From NCBI GenBank assembly GCA_028687715.1, contig JAQTZP010000002.1, forward strand, positions 20,038 through 84,037: a DNA stretch of 64,000 nucleotides, given 5' to 3'. The stretch comes from Minisyncoccota bacterium. GTDB lineage: Bacteria > Patescibacteriota > Minisyncoccia > Minisyncoccales > GWA2-38-27. The position numbers and the translations under genes are program-made. Each line of letters starts with the position of its first letter. The first letter of the stretch is position 1. The notes under the pieces were generated by a model, which was given only the letters and a program-made list of their open reading frames with translations, was not told the DNA's origin and did no database searches. Shown here in pieces: positions 47,489 through 55,949 of this stretch.

Positions 47489-48208
47489 CTAATTGACACT
47501 TGCGAGCAAGGCGGACGGGCAGCCGGCGCTCCAGTGATTGCCGAGCCAGTCGTAGCACCAGTCCCGCTCCCTGCCATCAAAGTACAGGTACAAGACGCGG
47601 CGAGTGCCGTCCAGGCCGCGCAAAATGGTACCAAAGAAGTGAATACAGGTCATGTTCTTTGACCTGCGCAGCTTCTCCAGAACACTCTCTTGGGGCTTGC
47701 CTTCGGCCTTATGGGCCTGGTAGTCATTCCAGAGAGCCAGGAAGGCCCTGGCTCCAAGACGGATGTTCTTGCCTTCCTTGAGCCTCCGAAGCTTTTCCTC
47801 GCCAGAGATTGAGATTTCCCCAGTCTGAAGATTGGTCTCCAGGATGAGTTTCTCAAAGTCAATGGCAGTGAGGCTGTCTTCCCGGACATCCCTGTCCTCC
47901 TCACCCTCCAGGCCATTGCCGTTAGCTGGGCCTTTCCAAACACTCCAGTCCTCGCCGATGAATTTGGCGAGATTAAAGCTGGGGGCCAGCTTAAGGGGAA
48001 ACGACGTAACGGTAGCCGTCTTGGCGCCGTTCTTGAGGAACTGGGTGAAACGCCTGCCCGAACCTTTCGGATCGGCAATCACCTCATCTTGGAGGGCCTT
48101 GCCGTCCAGTTCGTCCCAATCAACATTAGACATCAAGACTGCCATCACGGCAACCGCCTGCTCTCGAGAAACCGCCTTCATCTCACACCATCCTTTCTTT
48201 TCCTGCAT
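47489..48208 (-). CDS. GC-rich hypothetical protein, 239 aa (or 230 aa from M10 at 48181), no family recognised
   Basis: Longest ORF in a compositionally foreign island with GC-rich codons. It has its own promoter, 5' UTR and terminator. Confidence 0.7.
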   Translation of the reverse strand: MQEKKGWCEMKAVSREQAVAVMAVLMSNVDWDELDGKALQDEVIADPKGSGRRFTQFLKNGAKTATVTSFPLKLAPSFNLAKFIGEDWSVWKGPANGNGLEGEEDRDVREDSLTAIDFEKLILETNLQTGEISISGEEKLRRLKEGKNIRLGARAFLALWNDYQAHKAEGKPQESVLEKLRRSKNMTCIHFFGTILRGLDGTRRVLYLYFDGRERDWCYDWLGNHWSAGCPSALLASVN

Positions 48209-48258
48209 GCTTTTAGTCTCAGAACACCCGAGATTTTAAGCAATGCGCTAGGATACAT
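48178..48258 (-). CDS. candidate 26-codon upstream ORF (MYPSALLKISGVLRLKACRKRKDGVR)
   Basis: AAGAGGUG Shine-Dalgarno 9 nt before AUG 48258. Its UGA stop overlaps the AUG at 48181 of the main frame as AUGA. It is below the ORF-track size cutoff. Confidence 0.35.
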   Translation of the reverse strand: MYPSALLKISGVLRLKACRKRKDGVR

Positions 48259-48314
48259 CTTTTAAAACACCTCTTAATGTTTTACACCTCTTAATGTTTT
48301 AAAAGATATATCCT
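48250..48314. repeat. 19-bp inverted repeat flanking a 17-nt tandem duplication
   Basis: AGGATACATCTTTTAAAAC (48250-48268) against GTTTTAAAAGATATATCCT (48296-48314), with one DNA mismatch that becomes U-G in RNA. Between the arms, ACACCTCTTAATGTTTT occurs twice (48267-48283 and 48284-48300). Confidence 0.85.
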
Positions 48315-48357
48315 ATTCGCAAGTATTATATTAACTATATAAAGAACTATGTCTTAG

Positions 48358-48386
48358 ATATTAGCACATATTAGCGTTTGTGTCAA
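48358..48386 (-). promoter_or_regulatory. near-consensus promoter TTGACA-N17-TAATAT (TG-extended) for the GC-rich cassette
   Basis: -35 at 48386..48381 and -10 at 48363..48358, giving a predicted start near 48351 and a ~143-nt 5' UTR. Confidence 0.55.
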
Positions 48387-48400
48387 TTTACATTTACATT

Positions 48401-48436
48401 TAAATTGAAAAGAAAAAGACCTCGCAGAGCGAGATC
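48401..48436 (-). terminator. intrinsic terminator of the 578-aa gene
   Basis: Minus strand GAUCUCGC-UCU-GCGAGGUC followed by UUUUUCUUUUC. Confidence 0.65.
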
Positions 48437-48506
48437 TTTTGCCGACTTAGACGAGTTCCTAATAAGGTCACTCACAATTATATGTTATCAGATTAATAAA
48501 CGTTTG

Positions 48507-50243
48507 TCAATAACTTGAAAAGGAAGAGGGGCCCACAGACAGCTGAATTAAGTTATTTATCTTTGTTCTGGTATTTATCCCAACATAACCGGTTCCTTTT
48601 TTAAGCCCGAAAGGATCTAAAATATCAGAAGCGTATTTTTCCTGAAACCTTATTACTGCTGATTTGGTTAAAGAAAGAAAATTGCCGGTAACTAATCCCT
48701 CGGGATATATTTCGCTGCCCTGACTTTTCAGAAATTCCTGAAGAATCTGGACTTCGCTGTTGTTTGTCAGGCCATAGTAAAGATTATTTCTGATAGAAGC
48801 GTAAGATTCATCCTGCTGATTATTATTCTTAGCTATAATTTCAGCTATTTGAGCTCTTATCTGAGTAATCTGATTATTTAACTCTTCTATTCTTGAAAGC
48901 AGTTGGTTTATTAAACTCAAATCATCTCCTTCTTTTGCCACTGAAATGGACATGGAAAAAGAATAGTAATTCACTCCGTCTGACCTATTAACTATAGGGA
49001 TAAGATAAAGAGAAAGATTTTCAGTGCCGAAATCCTCTATCTTAATAGTTCCTTTTTTTGTTGCTTTGTCTATTTCAATAAAATTAATAAAATAGTTGCC
49101 GTTTTTATTCTTTATAATGTAAGGAAGTGTAAAATAATCTGTCCAGTTGGTTGTAAACTCCAAGTTTAGATCTCCTTTTCCTCCCACCAAGCGGTACCAG
49201 TTTCCCGTCCAATTTCTTGTTAAATCAACTATCGTCAAAGTGCTGCTGCCGACAGATGATAAAAAGTTCGTTTGAGTAGAAACATAAAAGTTTCTTAAAT
49301 TCTTATTTAAGTAGCAGTATTTGGAGCCGTAATTGCAGTTGTTAACCAAAACAGCAATACTCCAATCTCTGAAGATGTCTGAAAACCTTTCGCTGAATCC
49401 ATTCTTTTCTAAAGCATAATCAATGCTTTCTATGCCTACTTTATTAGAAACAAGAGAATCTTTTAAGATATTTATTCCGTAGTGGTCGACCAGATACTGG
49501 GTGAAAAGGTTTAAAGCTCCGTAATCTTCTTTTTTATCGTCCCAATAAATCAATGGGTCGCTCGGACTATCGGAGAAAATCTGAACTCTTTTTTCTAAAT
49601 TACTGCCTGTAAAATCATCGTCGTATCCCAAAAGAGTCGAAGCGTATTCAGCCCGGGCTTCATTAAGCCAAGTCTCCTCTGTTATATTATGATAATTCTC
49701 TTTTTGATTAAAAGTGATCAAATGGACGAATTCATGAGCCAAGAATGTTTTAGAATAAGAAGTCAAAATATACTTGGAATTAAGATAAACCATTTCCCTT
49801 TCGTTTGAATTAGGAGCCTCTAATTTCGTGTACTCATCTTTGGGACTGAAATACCCGCCAGCTTCATCTCTCATAGAATGGATTAAAATAGTTATTCTTG
49901 AATCTTTATCAATGCCTGGATTCCATTCGGGCCCAAAGTTTGAAGTTAGAACCGGATAAATTTTACTTTCAAACTCAGAAGCCAGTTCTCTTAAGGAACT
50001 AAAAACCTCTTCTTTGGGAATTGAAAGAGAGTTCCACCACATCTCATCGGCGTAAAAATAAATTTTAGGGGTGGCTTCAACTAAAACTGCATTGATTTTT
50101 TCTCTGCCTAAAGAATCATAAACTGGTTCAATGTAAAAAGAACGCCTTTCTTCTGCTTGTGCTTCGCTTACATTTATTGCTGAAAAAAGGATGAAAAAAC
50201 AGAAATTGAAAATTAAGATATTTTTAAGAATCCGTATAGTCAT
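48507..50243 (-). CDS. secreted gluzincin-type metalloprotease-like protein with C-terminal peptidoglycan-binding domain
   Basis: Signal peptide, LAHEFVHL (HExxH) with a downstream NEARAEY, and a C-terminal LQEFLKSQG...LTKSAVIRFQEKY (PG_binding_1-like). Confidence 0.7.
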   Translation of the reverse strand: MTIRILKNILIFNFCFFILFSAINVSEAQAEERRSFYIEPVYDSLGREKINAVLVEATPKIYFYADEMWWNSLSIPKEEVFSSLRELASEFESKIYPVLTSNFGPEWNPGIDKDSRITILIHSMRDEAGGYFSPKDEYTKLEAPNSNEREMVYLNSKYILTSYSKTFLAHEFVHLITFNQKENYHNITEETWLNEARAEYASTLLGYDDDFTGSNLEKRVQIFSDSPSDPLIYWDDKKEDYGALNLFTQYLVDHYGINILKDSLVSNKVGIESIDYALEKNGFSERFSDIFRDWSIAVLVNNCNYGSKYCYLNKNLRNFYVSTQTNFLSSVGSSTLTIVDLTRNWTGNWYRLVGGKGDLNLEFTTNWTDYFTLPYIIKNKNGNYFINFIEIDKATKKGTIKIEDFGTENLSLYLIPIVNRSDGVNYYSFSMSISVAKEGDDLSLINQLLSRIEELNNQITQIRAQIAEIIAKNNNQQDESYASIRNNLYYGLTNNSEVQILQEFLKSQGSEIYPEGLVTGNFLSLTKSAVIRFQEKYASDILDPFGLKKGTGYVGINTRTKINNLIQLSVGPSSFSSY

Positions 50244-50315
50244 TTATTTATTTTATCACAACAAATAATGTAAAATCAATCTTTTATGTAAAAGGTTAAT
50301 AAATATTTAATATAC

Positions 50316-51008
50316 CTAAGACTGCTGAAGACTGATTTTATTATTCTTCCACCAAGTTTTAAAAGATACTGCAAAAAAAGATAATAACAGGCCGGCAAGA
50401 GCCCCGAAAAATACGCTGAATATGGTACTTATAAAACCTGGGGCTGAAGTAATCTTAGGCTCTATAATTACCGATGTTGGTTCAATCAGGCTCATCTCTT
50501 TTTTTATCTCGTAAAGTTTTATCTCCAGCATTACAGTATCTTTATTGTTTTTGTTAAGATTATCTATTTTATTCTCCAATTCTTTGGCTAAATCCGCCAA
50601 CAAATCCCTTCTGTGCTCTAAGATGTTATTGTGTCTTTTCAGAATCATTTCATTGGTAGCTTTAAGAATGTCTTTTGCATCTTGAGGATTTCCCGAATAA
50701 GCCTCTATTTTAACCAAATCAGTAGATTCAAAGTTATGCGCTTTTATCTTTTCCAAACCGTAAAAGCCGGAATTTATCTTCTCAGCCAATTGAGAAGGCG
50801 CCACTACATTCTTTTCTTCATAGATTTTCCCAACCTCAAGATAAGTCTCTGCTTTATACAAACGAGGAGACAAAATAGCAATCAGCCCTCCTGACAAAAG
50901 ACCGATTAAAAAGAAGATAAAGATTATCTTCTTCTCTTTTATAAGGATTTTAATATAAGATGCCAAATCTATTTCCTTGTCTTGTTTTTGATAATTAAAC
51001 TCATTCAT
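50316..51008 (-). CDS. Wzz-like polysaccharide chain-length determinant
   Basis: 230 aa. N-terminal EIDLASYIKILIKEKKII followed by a TM, a coiled-coil middle, and a C-terminal TM. Confidence 0.7.
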   Translation of the reverse strand: MNEFNYQKQDKEIDLASYIKILIKEKKIIFIFFLIGLLSGGLIAILSPRLYKAETYLEVGKIYEEKNVVAPSQLAEKINSGFYGLEKIKAHNFESTDLVKIEAYSGNPQDAKDILKATNEMILKRHNNILEHRRDLLADLAKELENKIDNLNKNNKDTVMLEIKLYEIKKEMSLIEPTSVIIEPKITSAPGFISTIFSVFFGALAGLLLSFFAVSFKTWWKNNKISLQQS

Positions 51009-51052
51009 AAATTTTTATCTATTATATCAAAGCTAATTATTAGGTCAACAAA

Positions 51053-52906
51053 CTAAAGCTTTGGGTTATACTGAGGGACAATATCTTTTAAAGAATTAAT
51101 TATCTGAACCTTATCTAAATAATTTATATCCCTCTTTAAATTTTCCAAACTGTCTTTTAGCTTTAATTCATCTACTTGAGAAAGTTTTGCCATAAAGATT
51201 CTTTGATTTTGAGTAGCGACTGTTCCTTCTTCAGCCGTTAAAATCTCTTCAAAGAATTTCTCGCCCGGCCTGGGATTGGTAAAAACAATAGGGACGTCTT
51301 TATCAGGCTCAAACCCCGAAAGGCGGATCATCTCTTTGGCCAAATCAATTATCTTAATAGGTTTTCCCATATCAAGAACAAAAACTTCTCCGCCTTTTCC
51401 CATCTCCGCAGACTGCATTACCAAAAGCACTGCTTCGGAAGTTATCATAAAATATCTTTTCATTTCCGAATGAGTGACTTCAACTGATTTGCCTTTTTTA
51501 ATCTGCTCCCTAAAAATGGGCAGAACGCTGCCTCTGGTGTCTAAAACATTGCCGAACCGGACAGAGATAAACTTAGTCTGATTCCTCTGATTTAACGTCT
51601 GGCATATCATTTCCCCTATCCTTTTTGTAGCGCCCATAACAGAAATGGGATTAACCGCTTTATCAGTGGAAATGAAAATAAACTTTTCAGCATTGAATTT
51701 CAAAGCTGAACCGGCAACAATTTCGGTGCCGAAGATATTATTCCTTACAGCTTCATCAGGCTGGTTTTCCATAAGCGGGACGTGCTTATAGGCTGCGGCA
51801 TGAAAAACTATACTGGGCTTAAACTCCCTAAAAACCTTCTCTATATTATCTCTTTCCTTTATATCTAATACTATTGAATTAATCTTTAAATGCGGGAATT
51901 TATACTCAAGCTCGGAAGAAATATTGAAAATGCCAGTCTCATCCTGGTCTAAAAGTATAAGCAGAGAAGGCCTGAATTTAGCAGCCTGCCTGGAAAGCTC
52001 TGAGCCGATAGAGCCGGCAGCGCCGGTTATTAAAATTGACTTATCGCGGATAAAACCCTCTATTGCTTTTGTATCTAATTTAATAGGTTCCCTGCCTAAT
52101 AAATCCTCTACCTGAATTTCCCTTATGTTCCTTATAGAAATCTCCCCGTTGATAATTTCTCCTATTGAGGGAACAATCTGTATTTTTTTAATCCCAGCCT
52201 CTCTTCCAAGCTCCACTGACCTTTTAATCGCTAAAGAGCCTGCTGACGGCAGGGCGATAATCAAGTTTTCAATCTGATGTTTCTTTGTTATTTTTGAAAT
52301 ATCGCCTATTTTCCCCAAGACCTTCAGGCCATGGATAGTCAATCCTTGTTTAGAAGAGCTGTCATCTAAAAACCCAATAGGCAGATAAGCGCTGTTTTTA
52401 GAGCTTAAAATACTTCTTAAAATCTGTTCTCCGGCATCCCCTGCTCCGACAATTAAGGTTCTTTCTTTTTGAACTCCCTCTATTTTTAAAGCATGAAGGT
52501 AGATCCTTTTGGCAAAACGCAGAGCGCCTGAAAAGATAAAAACTAAAAAATAGCTTATTATAATTGTTGAACGGGGAAACCCTATAAATGTCTTAAGGGT
52601 GAAAAAAGAAACTGATAAAAAGATAAAACTAATGGTCACTGCCCAGAATAAAGAAATAAGTTCAGTGGTGCTTACATAAGCCCAGGAAAAGGAGTAAAGC
52701 CTGAGGAAATAAAAAACAGGCAGGCAGAAAATTAAAGATAAAACAATCATCTGGGGCAGAAACCCTTTTTCTATGTATTCTAATGGAATCTCTCCGTCAA
52801 AACGAATAAGAAATGCAAGATAAACAGAGAATACTATCAACAAAGCATCTCCCAAAACAAAAAACAGCATTCTTTTATTTATTATTTTTTTAAAGAAATT
52901 ATCCAT
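51053..52906 (-). CDS. membrane-bound nucleotide-sugar 4,6-dehydratase (CapD/PglF/WbpM family)
   Basis: 617 aa with four N-terminal TM helices and two Rossmann regions (VGAGDAGEQ, ITGAAGSIGSEL). Confidence 0.88.
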   Translation of the reverse strand: MDNFFKKIINKRMLFFVLGDALLIVFSVYLAFLIRFDGEIPLEYIEKGFLPQMIVLSLIFCLPVFYFLRLYSFSWAYVSTTELISLFWAVTISFIFLSVSFFTLKTFIGFPRSTIIISYFLVFIFSGALRFAKRIYLHALKIEGVQKERTLIVGAGDAGEQILRSILSSKNSAYLPIGFLDDSSSKQGLTIHGLKVLGKIGDISKITKKHQIENLIIALPSAGSLAIKRSVELGREAGIKKIQIVPSIGEIINGEISIRNIREIQVEDLLGREPIKLDTKAIEGFIRDKSILITGAAGSIGSELSRQAAKFRPSLLILLDQDETGIFNISSELEYKFPHLKINSIVLDIKERDNIEKVFREFKPSIVFHAAAYKHVPLMENQPDEAVRNNIFGTEIVAGSALKFNAEKFIFISTDKAVNPISVMGATKRIGEMICQTLNQRNQTKFISVRFGNVLDTRGSVLPIFREQIKKGKSVEVTHSEMKRYFMITSEAVLLVMQSAEMGKGGEVFVLDMGKPIKIIDLAKEMIRLSGFEPDKDVPIVFTNPRPGEKFFEEILTAEEGTVATQNQRIFMAKLSQVDELKLKDSLENLKRDINYLDKVQIINSLKDIVPQYNPKL

Positions 52907-54008
52907 TGGATTTATAGAAATTTATAATACAATCTATGACATAGTTAACCTGCTCATCTCTAAGCTCAGGATACATTGGAAGCGAAATCACTTCTTCTGC
53001 AAGCTGTTCTGTCAGGGAAAGCCTGAAATGGGAAAGGTCAAGTCCTTTTTGGAGATGAACGGGAACCTTGTCTTTAATTAATGTCTCTATTTCTTTTTCT
53101 TTCAAATAATTAAATAAGTCATCTCTTTTTTGAGCTTTTAAGACATAATTCTGGAATACATCAAAATAACAGATATCGGTTTCAGACAAGGGCGGAAGAA
53201 TTATTTCTTTGACATCTTTAAGCCCATCGCTGTATATTTTAGCTATCTCTCTTCTTCTTTTTATCCAACAAGGCAGATATTTAATTTTAACATTTAAAAT
53301 TGCAGCCTCTAAATTATCAAGCCGAGAATTGAATCCGTAGCAGACTATTTCAGTTTTTGTTTTTTGGCCGTGGTCTCTTAATAAACGGATTTTTTCAGCT
53401 ATTTTTTCATCGTTGGTGACAATTGCTCCTCCGTCTCCGAAACAGCCGAGGATTTTAGCCGGATAAAAGCTAAAACATCCAATAAGACCGACTGAACCGG
53501 CATTTTGTCCTTTAAATTTAGCTCCCAATGCCTGGGCCGAATCTTCAATTACAGCCAAGTTGTATTTTTGGGCAATATCCATTATTTTATCCATCCGGCA
53601 CATTCTGCCGTTTAAATGAACTGCGATAACAGCTTTGGTCTTTTTAGTTATTGCTTCTTCAATTTTATCCGGATTAATTAAAAAATCATCGCCTACATCA
53701 ATTAAAACAGGTAATGCTTTAGCTTGAACAATTGATGATATTGAAGCAACAAAAGTATGAGAAACAGTAATTACTTCATCTTTATCTTTAACTCCTAATG
53801 AAAGAAGAGAAAAAAATAAGGCATCGGTTCCTGAATTCAAAGAAACAGCGTATTTTGTTCCAACAAATTGAGCCAAGTTCTTTTCAAAATCATCAACATC
53901 TTTTCTTAAAATTAAATCTCCTTGGGATAACACCCTATGAATTGCTTCATCTATTTCTCTTTTAAGATTTCTGTATTGAATTTTATACCCTACAAAAGGA
54001 ACCTTCAT
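52899..54008 (-). CDS. DegT/DnrJ/EryC1/StrS-family sugar aminotransferase
   Basis: 369 aa PLP-enzyme layout. SFYPAKILG carries the Lys. Confidence 0.88.
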   Translation of the reverse strand: MKVPFVGYKIQYRNLKREIDEAIHRVLSQGDLILRKDVDDFEKNLAQFVGTKYAVSLNSGTDALFFSLLSLGVKDKDEVITVSHTFVASISSIVQAKALPVLIDVGDDFLINPDKIEEAITKKTKAVIAVHLNGRMCRMDKIMDIAQKYNLAVIEDSAQALGAKFKGQNAGSVGLIGCFSFYPAKILGCFGDGGAIVTNDEKIAEKIRLLRDHGQKTKTEIVCYGFNSRLDNLEAAILNVKIKYLPCWIKRRREIAKIYSDGLKDVKEIILPPLSETDICYFDVFQNYVLKAQKRDDLFNYLKEKEIETLIKDKVPVHLQKGLDLSHFRLSLTEQLAEEVISLPMYPELRDEQVNYVIDCIINFYKSNG

Positions 54009-54991
54009 TTTAGTATGTTTTTAACTTCTCTTATGATATCATCTTTGGTTAAATAATAGGCTTTTTCCAATTGAGAGCTGGCAGGAGCCGGCGCATCGTA
54101 AAGGCATAATCTTTTAACAGGAGCCTTCAGCGAAGATAAAGCATTCTCGGAGACTAAAGCAGATATCTCTGAACTTACTCCGAATGACTTCCAGGAAGCA
54201 TCAGCTATTAAAAGCCTGCCTGTCTTTTTAACTGATTTTAATATTAAATCAGCATCAAGAGGCTTTATTGTTTTTAAATCAATAACTTCTGGATAAATGC
54301 CCTTTTTATTCAATTCATCAGACGCTTTTAAAGACTCGTTGAGCATATATGAGGCTGAAACAATCGTGATATCTTTTCCCTCTCTTTTAATTTCCGCCTT
54401 GCCGATTGGAACTCTGTAAATTTCTTCGGGCACTTCTTGTTCTAAATTATAAAGCCACCTGTCATCAATGAATATTACCGGATTATTGTCATAAACTGCT
54501 GATATCATCAAACCTTTGGCGTCATAAGGGTTAGAAGGCATTACTACTTTTAAACCAGGTATGTGAGAAAATATGCCGTAAAGCGCCTGGGAATGCTGGG
54601 CTCCCTGTTCGCCTCCCCTGTTTATTATCCCCCAGATGACAAGCGGCACTTTAATGCCTCCTCCGTACATATAATTCCAATTAGCCGCCTGGTTAATAAT
54701 CGGATCCATGGCATAAAGCATAAAATCCATTCTCGGATGAACAACAACAGCCCTTGAGCCAGCCAAAGCCAAGCCTAAACCTATACCAGTTACAGCATTT
54801 TCTGAAACTGGAGTGTCAATTACTCTCTTTTCTCCAAATCTCTTTACTAAATCTCTAGAAGTATTGCCCACATACCAAGGGCTTTTAACTCCCTGCCCTA
54901 AAAGAACAATTGAACCATCGCTTTTGATAAGCTGAATTAAAGCCTGATTAATGGCTAAGCTATATGAAATTTTATTCTTGGTTAAAGACAT
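54005..54991 (-). CDS. 2-oxoacid dehydrogenase E1 beta-like (transketolase Pyr + C-terminal domains)
   Basis: 328 aa. VIDTPVSENAVTGIGLGLALAG is typical of E1-beta. Confidence 0.82.
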   Translation of the reverse strand: MSLTKNKISYSLAINQALIQLIKSDGSIVLLGQGVKSPWYVGNTSRDLVKRFGEKRVIDTPVSENAVTGIGLGLALAGSRAVVVHPRMDFMLYAMDPIINQAANWNYMYGGGIKVPLVIWGIINRGGEQGAQHSQALYGIFSHIPGLKVVMPSNPYDAKGLMISAVYDNNPVIFIDDRWLYNLEQEVPEEIYRVPIGKAEIKREGKDITIVSASYMLNESLKASDELNKKGIYPEVIDLKTIKPLDADLILKSVKKTGRLLIADASWKSFGVSSEISALVSENALSSLKAPVKRLCLYDAPAPASSQLEKAYYLTKDDIIREVKNILK

Positions 54992-55949
54992 ATTTATTAA
55001 TTTCTTCTTTTTTGCAAATTGGGCTTGATTTAGCGAATTTATACGCTTCTTCTACTTCTTTTTCTATTTCCTTTTCTATTTTCTCAAGCTTTTGGCTTTC
55101 TAAGACTTTTTTATCAATAATCAAATTCCTTATTCTTTTTACCGGGTCTTTCTTCTTCCATGCCTCAACTTCTCTTTTAGGCCTTATATCCTTATTCTCG
55201 CTTTGAATCCTGTCATTTGGACCTACATGTCCGCTCTGCCTGTAAGTCAAACATTCAATAAAGACCGGCCCCTTTGAAACTAGACACATTTTTTTAGCTT
55301 TCTTGGCTGTTTCATATATTTTTAATACATCATTGCCGTCAATCTGAAACGCTTTGATGCCAAAAGGCTGGGCAATTTTAAAAATACCAATATCAGGACG
55401 GCATTCTCTAATCGGCAGATGGGTTGAATAAAGATTATTTTCACAAACAAAAATCAAAGGCAGTTTTTTCAAAGCAGAGAAATTCAGCGATTCATAAAGC
55501 ACGCCCTCGCCGGTCGCCCCGTCGCCGAAGAAGCTTACAGATACTCTTTTTTCCATTTTTATCTTTAGAGCCAAAGCGGCTCCAAGAGCCAAAGAAACAG
55601 TTCCAGCTACAATCGGGGCAGAACCCATAAAGCCCTGCTCTCTGGCAATGATATGCATTGAACCTCCTCTGCCGTAAGAACAGCCTGTCTCTTTACAGAA
55701 TATCTCAGCCATAAGCTTTTTGATATCTCCTCCTTTAGCCAAATAATGGCCATGGCCTCTATGATTTGAAAAAACATAATCTTGTTTATCAAGCGCAGAG
55801 CAAACTCCAACAGCCACAGCCTCTTGTCCGATGCATAAATGGCAGGGGGTTTTAATCTCTCCTTTTAAGATCAGCTCCCCTGTTTTCTCTTCAAATCTTC
55901 TAATTAAAAGCATCTGTTTGTAAAATTTTATCAAATCACTCTTTTTCAT
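54972..55949 (-). CDS. 2-oxoacid dehydrogenase E1 alpha-like, ThDP-binding
   Basis: 325 aa with the ThDP motif FFGDGATGEGVLYESLNFSALKKLPLIFVCENN. Confidence 0.82.
   Translation of the reverse strand: MKKSDLIKFYKQMLLIRRFEEKTGELILKGEIKTPCHLCIGQEAVAVGVCSALDKQDYVFSNHRGHGHYLAKGGDIKKLMAEIFCKETGCSYGRGGSMHIIAREQGFMGSAPIVAGTVSLALGAALALKIKMEKRVSVSFFGDGATGEGVLYESLNFSALKKLPLIFVCENNLYSTHLPIRECRPDIGIFKIAQPFGIKAFQIDGNDVLKIYETAKKAKKMCLVSKGPVFIECLTYRQSGHVGPNDRIQSENKDIRPKREVEAWKKKDPVKRIRNLIIDKKVLESQKLEKIEKEIEKEVEEAYKFAKSSPICKKEEINKYVFNQE

Noticed and set aside
47323-48239. Five overlapping ORFs in the GC-rich island: 47323..47634-, 47435..47662+, 47500..47781+, 47650..48078-, 47832..48239+.
   Set aside because: High GC suppresses stop codons in all frames. 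Their sequences are Arg/Pro/Ser/Ala-rich, and they overlap the one frame that is bounded by a promoter, an SD and a terminator.
48267-48300. A CRISPR-like or minisatellite array.
   Set aside because: It has only two adjacent 17-nt copies with no spacers, and no cas genes are present. It is better explained as part of the UTR/operator structure.
47321-48388. The 8-bp direct repeat TGTCAATT at 47321-47328 and 48381-48388, bracketing the GC-rich gene, as a possible att site or target duplication.
   Set aside because: An 8-mer match between two ~150-bp AT-rich flanks is expected by chance. The right copy is simply the complement of the promoter -35 (TTGACA). No recombinase or terminal inverted repeats support mobility.
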